A DNA stretch of 38,095 nucleotides from Catajapyx aquilonaris. Lineage: Eukaryota. A program made the position numbers and the translations under genes. Shown in pieces: positions 23,870 through 36,599 of the stretch. The notes under the pieces are model-generated. The model worked only from the letters and a program-made list of their open reading frames with translations, did no database searches and was not told the origin of the DNA. Position 1 is the stretch's first letter; the number at the start of each line of letters is the position of its first letter. The stretch is from assembly GCA_000934665.2 (NCBI GenBank), contig JYFJ02003746.1, positions 1 to 38,095 on the forward strand. The letters run 5' to 3'.

Positions 23870-24705
23870 CTCCCGTATCGCCCATACCTGAAGAGCTGGA
23901 GGGATGGTGCCACTGAGGACACATAGCAGGTGGCTCAGGGTAGTCTTGTACGACCTGGTGGCTGCTAGCAGGAAGGGCAGGAGGGCAGACTGAAGATTGG
24001 TCCTAATTGCTTTGATCTTGGTCCGATGGCCCCAAACTTCCGCCCCATAGGAGCAGTGGTAGAATTGCCAACGATAGGATGCGGAGTTCTAGGTGCCAAG
24101 CCCCATCTCTGTCCGGCAACGCTCCAAAGACGAGGAGATAGACTTTAAAGGGGTGTTAAGGGCTGACCAGCCAGTGCGGCTCTACAGCCAGACGAGGAGA
24201 TACACGGCGCACCTTGGCCGCCATCCGCTTTACGTGGGAAAACCAGGATAGTTTTGCGTCCAGATAAAAGCTGAGGACTCTCACGGAGTGGCACAGAGGG
24301 ATGCGTTCATCCAGAAAGAAAAGCCTTGGCTTGCCGGTCACCTTTCGGTGGGCCAGGAAAAGAGCCTTGGTCTTCCTCTCGTTATACTCCAGTCCTAGCG
24401 ACGACGCCCAATCTTGTAGTGTGAGTTCTAGTCTCTGCCAAGTCTCCTGGATCCTCACGGCGGAAGGCCCCGATATCAAGAGGACCTGATCTTCCGCATA
24501 TGCTTGTGAGTGGACACGGTCCAGGCCCTGTCTGGAACCAGCTGTCCATAACTATATTCCACAACATGAGGCCCAAACTGGACCCCTGCGGGCAGCCCCT
24601 CTCCATGATGTGATTACCCCAGTCACAGATGAGTTGGAGGAGGTGGAGGAACCCCTCCACCATGCGTTGCAGTCCTCCAGGACATCTTGCGCGAAGCATA
24701 GCACG
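23870..24705 (-). pseudogene. LINE reverse transcriptase fragment (R1-like)
   Basis: Motifs RGCPQGSSLGLMLWNIVMD, QAYAED (a YADD variant), GLEYNERKT and YLDAKLSWFSHVK, with frameshifts. Confidence 0.82.
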
Positions 24706-25273
24706 CAGATGTTAATCTCTCATGGGGGACGCTCTTCCACATACTGCTTTTTCACAAGGAAACTCAGTACCTGAAACTTGTGTGCCATTTACCTCATTTT
24801 TACGGCGTATAGGACCATTATTGAGTGACTGTGTTTTCCAATAATCCAGCGACATGCATGCAGCCAGTAGCCCAGATAATTGGGAGTTCACATGTATTTC
24901 TACATTAATAGATGCAGTACTGCAAAAGTAAAAGTGTTGTAGATGAAGATGAAGAGTTTTTTTTTCACAAGCACAATCGAGTACGCACCCACACGCGCCC
25001 AAGTCCATTTTTCTGGCAACAGTGTTGCCACAGTTACTCCTCAGGGCCCAAAGTCACACTGACAGACTCTAAGGTGCCTACCAGAGCCTTGGCAATGTCC
25101 CAAAGGCCGCCACATTTTTACCCCCTTAAGCTTATAGTGTTGGACACAAGTTGTGCGATCTGTGTTGCACACTTGGTTGTGCTCATTTAAAAAAAATTCA
25201 TCACAGGTGCAATGATTGCCACGGTGCTGAATTTCTGTTGATTTGCAAGTGTCACTACGTAAATTATGAACTA

Positions 25274-25877
25274 CAGTAAAACTTCTATAAGTCGAACTTC
25301 CCTAAGTCGAAGTTCTCTATAAGTCGAAGAAAATGATGAGCTTGGTTGGTCACAATGTAAAATGAAAATAGGTAATAAACTTCCCTAACTCGAATTTCTA
25401 TAACTCGAAGTTCTCCATAACTCGAAGTGCAGGCAGGGCCTTCTCATGGTATACCAATGCATTTTCAGTCTCCCTAAGTCGAAGTGTATGTTGGCCAGTA
25501 CGGACAATTTTCTCATTCCCCAGCCGAAGGGTCGAGAGTAGGCCACATGTACAGAAAGGCTCAATTTCCTTATCTCTGTCTACCAGACATACCGGAAGAA
25601 GTGTTTGACTCAATTGCGACAATTGAATCCTTGAATCTTAGAGTAGGCAAACGTCCATCATAAAGGAGAGTTTTTAACAACAAAACAATGAGGAACATTG
25701 TAAGTGTGATAGTGAAGTTATTTTTAAGTTTTGAACACTTTTCGTCGCTGGATATAAAGGTAGGCTTCCTTATAGAGTTATGTGCTTTACGAAATCCAAA
25801 CTTCTCTAACTCGAATCTTATATAACTCGAAGTTTTTTCCCGGTCCCATGGAGATTCGACTTATAGAAGTTTTACTG
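25274..25877 (+). mobile_element. MITE family 1, full copy
   Basis: TA|CAGTAAAACTTCTATAAGTCGAA...TTCGACTTATAGAAGTTTTACTG|TA. The empty site ATGAACTATAACTG is present in the paralog at ~6294. Confidence 0.93.
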
Positions 25878-25965
25878 TATAACTGATAAAAATTTTATAT
25901 GTCCTACAGAAGTATATCTGGGATTCGTCCATTAACCAAGCCAATTGCAATTTTTACACCCACAG

Positions 25966-26007
25966 AGAAGGAGTCAGAGGCTCGCTGCAAGGCGAAGCAC
26001 TCAAGAG
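25966..26007 (+). CDS. Basic micro-exon RRSQRLAARRSTQE (14 aa, phase 0-0)
   Basis: ACACCCACAG|AGA...GAG|GTAAGA, 42 nt. Confidence 0.7.
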
Positions 26008-26218
26008 GTAAGAATGAAGTCTTTTTATTCCTGTTCAGTTTATCTAAATGCCACAATGGAGAAATTAATTTATTCACCTTGGTGCACTCCCTGAACGGTT
26101 TCTGGCACCAGCCTTATCGCAATCTCCCACAATGCAGCTGCGGCTTGCAGATGTGAATCTTTTGTGACCATTCTTTATGTAGCTTAACATTAATCAAGTT
26201 TACCTTCTTCCATTGCAG

Positions 26219-26338
26219 GCACCTCCACTGCAGGCACCTCCACCGCCCCCACCCCCTTCCCCTCCACCACCTCCATCACCTCCACCACCTCCACCACCTC
26301 CACCAGCTCCAGGTCCTCAGGCACCACCACCACGACAA
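26219..26338 (+). CDS. Pro-rich exon 5 (40 aa, phase 0-0)
   Basis: CCATTGCAG|GCA...CAA|GTGAGT, 120 nt. Confidence 0.7.
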
Positions 26339-27473
26339 GTGAGTAAACATAAATTAACACAACCTTCTACTTTATTTCTTGTACTGATTTTTGGTAGTTT
26401 ATGGTAAGTGGGGCAATAAAACAGGACTAGTCAAGACAAATTGAGAATGATTCCAATTCCTGTTCAAATAATATTCCGCAATCCCCGGCAACAGTGAAAC
26501 CAGAAGTAGACCGGGATTCATATTCCATTCCGATTTTCCAGTGAGGTATACAATAATATTCAGGGTTGAGGTTTTGCTTCCATTTGAAGAAAACAGCCAT
26601 GGAGGAGTATGACGTGCTAAGATTATGAAGAGCAGTTACCAGTCACCTTGTTAGTCCACAAGACGTTGCAACTCTTTACTTACTAGTTGTTTATTTAAAA
26701 CCTCTAAACTGCTCATTTTTACGGTATCTAGGACCATTATCAGAGTATCCGTGTTTTCCAATTATCTAACCTTTGGACGAGAGTGGCAAGCCGTGTGTGC
26801 CCTCCCATGTGCCTCCAGGAAAAGCCATGCCAGACAGAGAGAGTTGGTCACACGGACTAAGCCAGAAGTGAGGACACTTGAGGACACTGTCGGTAATTGC
26901 CGTGACCGGAATTCACCTTCACCCTCGTGAGCTTATTCAGAAATTGTTGGCACCATATCGCCGCACGAATTGGTTAGACATGACATCTGTGGGCCATACC
27001 CTCCACTAGTCGGCGATGAATGTTGCATGTCAAATGTTGACCACTGGAACTGAATATCTGCCCACACTTCTGCATTAGTCCATGTGACCAACCTTTTCTG
27101 TCTGGCCTGACTTTTCCTGGCGGAATGTGGGTGGGCATGCTCGGCTCTCCACTCTGTCTCGTCCGATGGCTGCCGCGCCTGCGCATAAGCTGTAAGAAGG
27201 TGCCTATCCATCTTATAAAGTACCGGAAGGATTGTCCTGTCCATAGCATGGCATCAAAACTGTAGCACCTCTTAGCTTATTTTTCGACTAGTCCTCGTAT
27301 GTGGTTGTTTTCTGATGGTCCTGCCAAACTTCTCTCGCACAATGCATCAAGAACAGTCATAATGAATCAAGCCAGACCATGTAAAACAGGATCCCCTATA
27401 AGGCTATGGGTCTATCATTGGGTTATGATTATAACCATATTTATGATCCCAGAACTTCTTTTACACTTCTTTT

Positions 27474-27739
27474 CAAGGGGGTAGTTACTTACCCTCACTG
27501 GTGTACACCCTCACTGGTGAGCCGTGGAGAGCCGAGGAGAGCAGACGGAAAACTACGTCATATTGACGCCATATCATCAACCCCGCGGGTTGTGACGTAG
27601 TTGCCTCTCCTTGGCTCTCTGCGGCTCTCAGAGGCATCGGTGAGCCGATAAGACCGTGGGTGAGCCTGCTGGTGAGCCGCGGAGAGCCGCAGCTCAAGAG
27701 AGCTGGTGTACACTTTTTTGAGGAGTGACTACCCCCTTG
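27474..27739. mobile_element. MITE with short TIRs and internal GAGCCG repeats
   Basis: CAAGGGGGTAGTTACT...AGTGACTACCCCCTTG. Confidence 0.65.
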
Positions 27740-27894
27740 CTCCTTATAGTCTGTAAGAGTTGATAATTGAGCAAAATATGTAAGAGCCATTCCTTGAAAT
27801 TAAAGCAAATCTTATTGAAAGTTATAATATTGTTTACACTGTAAAATTTTTTGAATACCAGGTATTAACAGTCTCATTTAAATAATTGTTACAG

Positions 27895-27936
27895 GGCTTG
27901 AGGAGGAGCCGGAGGAGCCAATGTGGGGTGGCGAGG
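27895..27936 (+). CDS. Candidate 42-nt exon (phase 0: GLRRSRRSQCGVAR; phase 1: LEEEPEEPMWGGE)
   Basis: TTGTTACAG| and AGG|GTAAGT are strong sites. The reading frame is ambiguous. Confidence 0.6.
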
Positions 27937-28832
27937 GTAAGTGTACAGTCCCTTATTATTTGTATTGTGAATGTATATGAGTGCAAGCTCTTTGTAAGGT
28001 TCTGCATATCCCCATTTTGCATCTAGGTACCATGGCAGTAACTTTTCTAAATGTGTGTAATATCAAAGGGTAGGGCATACCTACCTTTTCTTATGTCGTT
28101 GGCTTACAATAGATATCCAAACAGCACAATTTTGGCAGCATGAGTTATTTACATCACATAAGGTCTGTTGCCTTCTGCACAATATGTTCCATGGATAGGG
28201 GTGACTTGGCAGCATTCCAGGCATACTGCTCATACAAAAGGGATGTTTTTCTGAGAGTGAGCACATATGAATACAAAAAAATGACCTCTTTCCATTTCAT
28301 GCTTGCTGGAAAGTCATCGAGGCCATTTTTCACCTCTCCTGATGCATTACTTTCACACCTAGAGTCACTTGTTGTTGTCATATTCAAACTATGCATTTCT
28401 GATGTAATGCTCAGCACTCAGCTAGAGAGAGGTGTTGTTGACCTAAAAGTGCAGTGGGCCAATGTAATTCCCTGTGGAACAAACTAGCCAAGCTGTATGG
28501 TAACCTTCACAGACAGTGACACTTTTGTTACTTGCTAAATCATATGTTATCACTTATCACATTAGTTATAATTGCATGAGCTATACATAAAAATTGCTTT
28601 CCACTGAAACTCTTTGCCTCGGCAGCAATGTTTCTAAGCAGTTTGTTAGGTATTGCCACTATACAGACGATATTATCCATTTCATGCATTATGACAAGTT
28701 GCTAGTCATGATGCAACTTAAATAAACTTTCACTGGAGTGAAGCCTGATATTTTGGATTAGGATGATAAAGTTAGGCTGAACTGAAATTTATTTTAGCTT
28801 ACATGAATAATCGTGTATTCTCATTTTCGTAG

Positions 28833-28892
28833 CTGAAGATGCACTGGGGCCCTTCACAGGAGTATGGGGAGACGAGCCCTATAAATCCCTAT
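28833..28892 (+). CDS. Candidate 60-nt exon (phase 0: LKMHWGPSQEYGETSPINPY; phase 1: EDALGPFTGVWGDEPYKSL)
   Basis: CTCATTTTCGTAG| and |GTGAGT, in a GC-richer island. The reading frame is ambiguous. Confidence 0.5.
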
Positions 28893-29734
28893 GTGAGTAT
28901 CACTTATTGATTCATTTTAAGAGTAAGGTCATTTACATAGACCAGAGCAAACTGGACCCGTCCCACTAATTTATTGATCAGCACCTCATTGCCAATGAGG
29001 AATTCTGATGTTGGCAGCACACAAAGATTCTGAACCTATGACAATTCATTACGTTTGATATCAATCAGATGTGATCAGTTTGTGCCTCTGTTGGATTGAC
29101 AACAGTGTGCCTTGCTACCAAACATTGGATCAGATCTAGACTGAGTCCAGCTTCCTTGGTTCTGTGATAATGGACCCCTTTATTATGACATTATAGTTCT
29201 GGATCATGCCTGCAACATCACTTCTATACTCTCAAAATACTGTATTCAGTAGTTAATTATTGTTTGTACCATTGTTTTGGTTGTCCAAGAAAAAGTGTAG
29301 TCATTGAAGTAATTGACAGACATAGAAGTGCAATCATCTTTATTACCCCTCCAAAAAATGGGTTATTATTGAGAGTCACACACTTGCTCATTTTACATTG
29401 TAGTGTGGCTATTGGAAATTGTTGCCAAAAAATGACTAATTTTCTAAAATAAAAGTTTGGTTGCTATGTCTTTCTTAAAAATGTTCGAATATCAGAGGAT
29501 GATTGTTGCAGGTACTTTTGCATATTAGCCCAGAACTCCATAAATATTTAAATGTAGTACTTGATGTCTAGCTAGACTACTACTAATTAATGCTATGCAC
29601 CTTTCTCAATTTAAGGCAACAAGGCGGTAGGGCGGCAGGGCAGGAGTCCCCTAATGGTATGTGTAATTTATTGTGCATTTGTAGTCTGGTTTGTGGTCAG
29701 TTATCCCATACCATATAAGGCATGCATTAGGAAC

Positions 29735-31320
29735 ATTCCAATATTTAAAAAAGGCAATAAGGAAGATCCATCAAATTATAGACCTATTTCTCTGGTAAAT
29801 GTCATTCTCAAATTGTTCACTGCAATACTCGCCAAGAGAATCACTGCATGGGCGGAGCTCAACAACTTATTCCCATTCACTCAAGCCGGATTTCGTACAG
29901 GGAAAGGATGTTCGGATTTAATTTTCGCATTAACAATTCTACAAAACAAGTATGTCTATGGCAAATCATCCAAGCTGTTCGCACTGTTTGGGGATTTTTC
30001 TAAAGCTTTTGACTCGGTCCCCTTTGATCTGTTATGGCAAAGATTGGCTAAGTTGGGCATGAGTACGAAATTAATGTGCGTGGTGAGAAAGATATACCAA
30101 GGAGCCAAGATAGTATCGTCTAACGGGAAACAAAAAATTCCTATTACGCAAGGGGTCCTTCAAGGAGACTCCCTCAGTCCAGTTTTATTTAATTTATACT
30201 TAGCAGACCTGCAACAACATTTTGATGCACAAGGAGCCCAAGGCGTAAACATAGGGATCCCATCACGCAATATCTCATTCCTTCAATATGCGGACGATAT
30301 TATTTTATTATCAAATCATAAACTATACTTTCAAAAAATGATTACCTCATTCTCCCAATACGTGGCTCTGAGCGGCATGACCATAAATTTAAATAAAACG
30401 AAAGTTCTCATTTTCCGCAAAGGCGGACCGCTCCCAAAATCCCGCATTCTATTGGGACTCGGATAAATTGGAAATAGTTAAAGATTATACTTACTTGGGA
30501 GTCCCACTAACTACGACTTTGAGATACCAGAGCACTGCCGACAATTTTGTAAAAAAAGGAATAATGGCAACAAATGCTAGTTGGCCCATCTCAATTTCAA
30601 CAAAATCCCGGAATTTGAACACAGGTTTCAAACTTTTAGACGCGAAAATTGCACCAGTCGCTATGTATAATGCACATGTATGGGGGCTAAACCACTTAGA
30701 TGTATTAGAAAAAGTCCAGTCCCACTTCATAAAGAAATACCTTATGCTTCCACGGAGCACCTCTGGATATTTCCTCCGCCTCGAAACGGGTCGCAGACCC
30801 CTCGCGGTTGGGGTGATGAAAATGCTCTGCCGCTTTTTGCAACGCATAGCACTTTCAGACCCAAAGGATCTAATTGTATTATGTTTCCAGACAGCATTAT
30901 CAGAAAAGCACCCTACCCAATTCGAATGGATAACAATAGTTAGAAGGCTTTTTTTTAGAAACAGGACTTTCACTCGATACATGGTATAATAACCCCGAGA
31001 AGATAAACTTAGAGGATGTATTAACAACCTTCATCCAAACCACCATAGACAAAGATATTGCCCGAGTTCAGGTTTCAAGAGTAAGGTATGCCCACTACAA
31101 TCTTTACATATCAGATCACCTTAGACAATATTACTTTGACTATCAACTTCCACTCCCTGTCACGAGACTATATAGCAATCTGAGAAACGGCTCAACCACC
31201 CACTGGATAAAGGGTCACACCCTCCGGTTGGATGGCACAGAAAGATGTTCCCTTTGTAACAGCACTGATCCTCTTGACTTGTTCCATTTTTTATACGACT
31301 GTATGCTTTTCAAATCTATT
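29735..31320 (+). pseudogene. 5'-truncated LINE ORF2: RT domain to C-terminal CCHC, frameshifted
   Basis: Motifs PIFKKG..DPSNYRPISL, QAGFR, DFSKAFDSV, GVLQGDSLSPVLFNLY, YADD, YTYLG and CSLC...HFLYDC. Frameshifts are near 30440 and 30950. Confidence 0.93.
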
Positions 31321-32078
31321 GCAAAATAGCACACTTTCCTGAGGCAAGTCAGTGTTGAAAGAGGTTGGAAGTGCAAATTTTCTTTTGACACAATGCAATG
31401 GGTGGGTTTCTCTGTCCTCCTGCTTCTGCTGATCAGCATTCGCCCATAAGCTTGCTCGTGGGTTACCTTGGACCTTGAAGGCAGCAGAAGCCTATGCGCT
31501 ATGCCTACAGAGGTAGGGAGGAAAACTTACTCATTGTGTCAGAAATTACTTGTGCATTTACAACCTCTTTCTATTCTGAGTTGCCCATGTATAGTTTTTG
31601 AACCTGAAATTTCCGCATTTAAAATGTCCGTAAGCCCCAGCCATGACTGCTATAGATGGCTAAAAATTTTCTATCTCTGTAAATGTGTGTCCCAATCTTT
31701 CATTTGAACACACAATGGGAAATCTCTTGTGTCCATTGTTTTGTTTCTTGATCACACAATTGGAGGGGGTAGCATTATGCATGAAAATTGTAGCTCTCTG
31801 ACTTTCAAGTGCTACAAGTAGCATAGTTCAATTTGCTTCTTGTAAAACAGAATATCTAGAAGCAATGTAGCTTTCCTGTTTTGTTACCTTGTGCCAGTTT
31901 TAAAGAAGTTTAGGTCTGGAACAGAAACCTGTTCAGTGTTCAGTATGGAATTTTTTTTCTTCGAAACGGTGGGATTCTCGTATACAGAGGAGTTATTAGT
32001 CTGTTTCGCCTCTGCAGTTATCTTTTTGGCAATGCAGCTGAAGAACGGAAAAATGACATGCCAGTACTAATAACAATA

Positions 32079-32254
32079 CAGTTGAATCCAGATATAACAG
32101 ACCTCAAGGGACCGCGGAAATCAGTCTTTTATAACCAAGGTTTGTTATATCCGAATACACGAGCCACATATGGAAGCATGCCGGGACCGGCCTTTCACGT
32201 CGGTTATAACAGAAAGTCTGTTCTAGCGGAGGCTGTTATATCCGGATTCAACTG
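32079..32254. mobile_element. pogo/Tigger-like MITE
   Basis: TA|CAGTTGAATCCAGATATAACAG...CTGTTATATCCGGATTCAACTG|TA. Confidence 0.88.
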
Positions 32255-32462
32255 TATAACTTTGTTTGCATTTTAAGATATTTCCAATATTACATGTGGG
32301 ACAGTCAGAGAATGAAGGAAATCCTCTTTTTTCCAACAGAAATGGCGGCCAAAGAACATGCAGAGCAGCAGGGGATGGTGCTAGTAAGGTATATGTAGGG
32401 TGTACCATAATGATTCCGAGGGCATTTTAGTATTACCCTTCAACCAGGTGCAATAATTTATA

Positions 32463-32760
32463 GTATTTTTATTTATTTTATTTATTTTACCCCATTAGCT
32501 GGCCAGTTGGCCATTTTTATGGGGACACAACCACCAAGCATTACATTACATTAACCACAAAGTTGCATGCATTTTGCAACATTTGAAAAGAAAGAGAAAA
32601 GGGCATAAATCTGGACTTTGGACAGATCTGCTAACACAAACGATAACAATTCCGAAGATACAACAGAAAGGTCGCTCTTTCGTGGGGTCTTGAATATTGG
32701 GCACTCGAATAGTATATGGAGGGTTGTTAATTGAGTGTTACAGTTAGTAGTGCTTTTAAT
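32463..32760 (-). mobile_element. LINE 3' end fragment
   Basis: Knuckle-like CNTQLTTLHILFECP followed by a (TAAA)n-like tail on the minus strand. Confidence 0.6.
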
Positions 32761-33339
32761 AGGTGTCAATACAGGCAGATCGGGCGCAAGAGCAGGAACT
32801 ATGGATATATCCTTGATACAAGAAGATAAGGACAAGGCCCGAAGACCGGGTATCTAAAAAGTCTGAATATTTTTTCACAACTAAAGTCAAAGTATTGTTC
32901 ATTGAGCCCCAGTCTCAAACCTCACCCAAAGCAGTCGAAGTTCATGCTTGTGTGACCCAGTTGATTTTATTGGATGGAATATTATCACGCATGGCCGACT
33001 TATCAGCAATCTTCGTAGGTCTATCCCCCAGTATTAAAGTGTTCGATTTTAATTGTAAATTTACAAAGGAGGCCAAATAAACCTAAAGCCTGGCACAAAC
33101 GAGGAAATGTGGGAGGGAAGCCACTTGCACCCACCATCCAAGTATTCATGTTCCCTCCTTGAGAGTACAAGTGTCGTGGCCCATCCCAGCATGCCCAGAT
33201 TGGCTCCAAATTTCTTGCTTGCAAGAAATCTGCACGCACAGATTGCCTCAGGAGAGCGCATGTGCTGTGCCGTCCTGGGTGGGTGGGCAGGCAATAAGTT
33301 GCTCCCAAATTTTCTCGTTTGCTCCTGCCCTAGGAGATA

Positions 33340-34117
33340 CGTGGGTTGTTTCAAAAGTCATTGCGCATATTTTTAAATTCAAAAACGGTAACGCATACAG
33401 AGATGACCTTCGCTAAGTTTTGAAGATCCGGCGATTACAATTTGATCTGGCATCTAGACGTTATCTATATCGTGAGGGGCCGGGGAAACAAATGGGGAAT
33501 GTGACCACCCCCACCGCACCATCGCCCTAAGACGGCCCGAGCCTGGTGCGCTTGGAGTTGTTGGATGTTGCATGCGGGACACTCGGCTACGGACAACACG
33601 GGAGCTTGATTTAGAGTGTAGGACAAGTCAGAGCACTATGCTTAGGACTCTGAAAGACTGAAGGGTCTCAGGAAGTTGGCATCCTCACTGGTTTCTTGCC
33701 ATCTCTTTGAGGTGCAAAAGTGCCACCATGTTGTCCTCGCTTGAAACTCTTGCATTGAGGGTGATGGGTTTTTAAAACTGTTTGTGGCGAGGGATGACAC
33801 ATGGCTCCAGTCATAGTGCTCTGACTTGTCCCACACTCGAAAGCAAGCTCCTGTGTTGTCCATCTCCGAGTGTCCTGCATGCAGCGTCCGACAGCCCCAA
33901 GCTTGTCAGGCTCGGTCCTTCTTATGGCGATGCGATGGTGTGGTGGGGGGGGTCACGATCCTATTTTGTTGTCAGGACCCCTTGCGATGTGGGCGGCATC
34001 TATATACGGGATCAAATTGTAATCGCCTGATGTCCAAAACTCAGCAAAAGTCATCTCAGTATGTGTTACCGTTTTTAAATGTAAAAATACGCGTAATGAC
34101 TTATGAAACAATCCACG
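33340..34117. mobile_element. Older mariner-like MITE with ~300-bp diverged inverted arms
   Basis: TA|CGTGGGTTGTTTCAAAAGTCATTGCG...CGTAATGACTTATGAAACAATCCACG|TA. The arms extend inward to GCACTATG/CATAGTGC. Confidence 0.85.
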
Positions 34118-34219
34118 TATAAGGGGTGCCCGCCAGTCTCCAAGACAGTGTAAGAAGTAATTAGCCGTGTTTTGGTGGAGGAGGAGGTGTGAGGAAGTAG
34201 TTTTGCACTTGATTGAACA

Positions 34220-34880
34220 AGTTAACCATGGTGATCCCCCAAAGCTGCTTCGTAGAAAAATACCGGACTATTTGAGCATTGAATGATAGCAACTTGAATA
34301 TCATGAAGCAGTGAATTCATAAGAATTGACCAGAGACTGTTAATTGGCACTAATGCTTTCACTTTGAAGTATTTACTGTCTTTAGAGAAGTTTCTGCTGG
34401 AGCTAAAGGGGACCCCCAATCTAATAGGTGTAGGTGTTTATCCAAAGAATGGCGGTGACATCCTAGTAGCAAGCGAATTCCCGACATTTACCAGCCCTTT
34501 TAAAACATAGCACTTTGGTTTTGTTGAGATTTAGATTTACCAGATTCTTCCTATAAAACCACTCCGAAACTTAGAGGTTTTTTTTGCAAATAGAGGGGAT
34601 TATTATCGACGAGAGGAATTGTATCTTCCTTGTAAGAATAGAAAGAGTATGAATTCAGAAGTGTTAGGTCTGAAACTAACCCCCGGAGAGCTATTTGACA
34701 CTAGGACAAGGTCAGACCAGAATGAATTAAATAAGACCGCGCTGAGAGGTTCACCTTGTCCGTTGTGAGTCAACAGCTCGTGGCAGCGGTCGATCAATAC
34801 CCTGAAATGTTTCCCTCTGAGTTTGCCTATATATTTATGGGCAAGACTTGTAAAAGTGAAATGTGATCGAGGCAACCTCT
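34220..34880 (-). pseudogene. Highly degraded LINE RT fragment
   Basis: QGEPLSAVLFNSFWSDL and LGVPFSSS motifs. Confidence 0.55.
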
Positions 34881-35019
34881 CCCCTGCCCTAAAACCAGCT
34901 TAACCCTGTAACCGTGACGTGGGGTCTTTTAGGACCCCAAGGGATTAAAATTCATTAAAATGAAGAGCTCCGGGGAAGAACGATCAAGGTCCACTTTTTG
35001 TCAAAAATGACTTACATAA

Positions 35020-35159
35020 TCACCTCAGAAGATAGTTTCACTAGCATAGAATATGATGGTTAACCATCGTATTCTATGCTAGTGAAACTATCTTCTGAGG
35101 TGACCATAGTGACTCCACAACCACGACCAAATTTGGTCGTGGTTGTCGAGTCACTATGG
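35020..35159. repeat. Two abutting spacer-less palindromes (84 bp and 56 bp)
   Basis: 35020-35103 is centred on GGTT|AACC and 35104-35159 on CAAA|TTTG. Each has one mismatched pair. Confidence 0.95.
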
Positions 35160-35326
35160 AAGGCCCTGAAAGTAGGATTTACGACGGCCTTACTAAAATG
35201 ATCAACAATCTATTTTTCCAGTCAAATTAATAACCAGTAACGTAGCATCCTGGCAACTTGCTTTTGTGTGTTGCAGAGGTTGCCAGACTGTTGTTGATTT
35301 GGGGGATATGATTGTTGAGTGGAGTC

Positions 35327-36569
35327 CTGTACAGTGCTGGACATAATAGCCGTCGCTGAATGTTTTTTTCCGGCGGCGACGGCGGCGGGGTTACCTGGCA
35401 ACCCCTTCCGGCGGGCCAATTCAAACAACAGCACATGGAGAGTGCTTCCATTGTTGCCACTGTTTACAAATCGAGTGAGTGACGCGGACGACCCAGCGAC
35501 GGGTCTCTTCTGCCTGCTTACACAGTATCTGCAGGGATGCGCAGGAGAAAACGGGAAAATAATGATGTTAGAAGCAAACCACGTTGGGAAAATATTATCC
35601 CTGGACTCAAAGAAGGGTTTTCGTCCACAGCACACGAAATACTATATTCCACCCCTGAGGAGGGGGTGCCAATGATTAAGGTCAGGGGTGTGCGAATTGA
35701 AAGTGGGTCAAGCCGTCAACTGACGGATTCTTTCGGTTTTCGTGTCTTTTCCGCGTACTTCGAAACCTCGAAGACGAATGGAGACCATGCCCCGTATCGC
35801 CGTATGTCAGACACCATGTCAGTCTCGTAATTTGTCCCCAAAGACGTCATATCTCAAAATGGCTTCCGCTGTTACGCATATACCAGTACATGTCGTTCGC
35901 GTCATATTCGCACCAGGGAGAGATACACAACTAACATGACACGTACCGGGGTTGGACACAATAATATGAACACCTGCAACAAGCGTTAGTCGTGTATGCG
36001 AATATGACGTGAACGACACGTGCTCGTAGGCCTATATGCGGAACAGCGGAAGCCATTTTGAGATATGACGTCTTTGGGGACAAATTACGAGACTGACGTG
36101 GTGTCTCTCATACGGGGCATGGTCTCCATTCGTCTTCGACGTGTCGAAGTACGCGGAAAAGACACAAAAACCAAAAGAATCCGCCAGTTGACACACTTTC
36201 AATTAGCACAACCCTGATCTGAATTGACACCCCCTCCTCAGGGGTGGAATATAATTCGTGGGCTGTGGACGAAGACCTTCCTTTGAGTCCAGGGATAATA
36301 TTTTCCCAACGTGGTTTGCTTCTAACATCATTATTTTCCCGTTTTCTCCTGCGCATCCCTGCAGATACTGTGTAAGCAGGCAGAAGAGACCCGTCGCTGG
36401 GTCGTCCGCGTCACTCACTCGATTTGTAAACAGTGGCAACAATGGAAGCGCTCTCCATGTGCTGATGTTTGAATTGGCCCGCCGGACGGGGTTGCCAGGT
36501 AACGCAGCGCCGTCGCCGACGGGAAAAAAAAAATTCAGCGACGGCTAATTTGTCCAGGATTGTATCAGC
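35327..36569. mobile_element. Large foldback element, ~580-bp inverted arms with ~85-bp spacer
   Basis: 35327-35911 is the reverse complement of ~35997-36569. A third arm copy begins at ~38008. Confidence 0.88.
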
Positions 36570-36599
36570 CATTCTGCTGAACGGGTTGCCCTAACAGAG

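Noticed and set aside
29654..30989. Functional RT gene, retron or diversity-generating retroelement acting on the variable exons
   Set aside because: The motifs are those of an ordinary non-LTR retrotransposon. It is 5'-truncated and frameshifted, and the exon variation is not adenine-specific.
35319..36548. Two similar ORFs (118 aa on +, 79 aa on -) as a duplicated gene
   Set aside because: The similarity follows from the inverted repeat. There is no recognisable domain, and indels differ between the arms.
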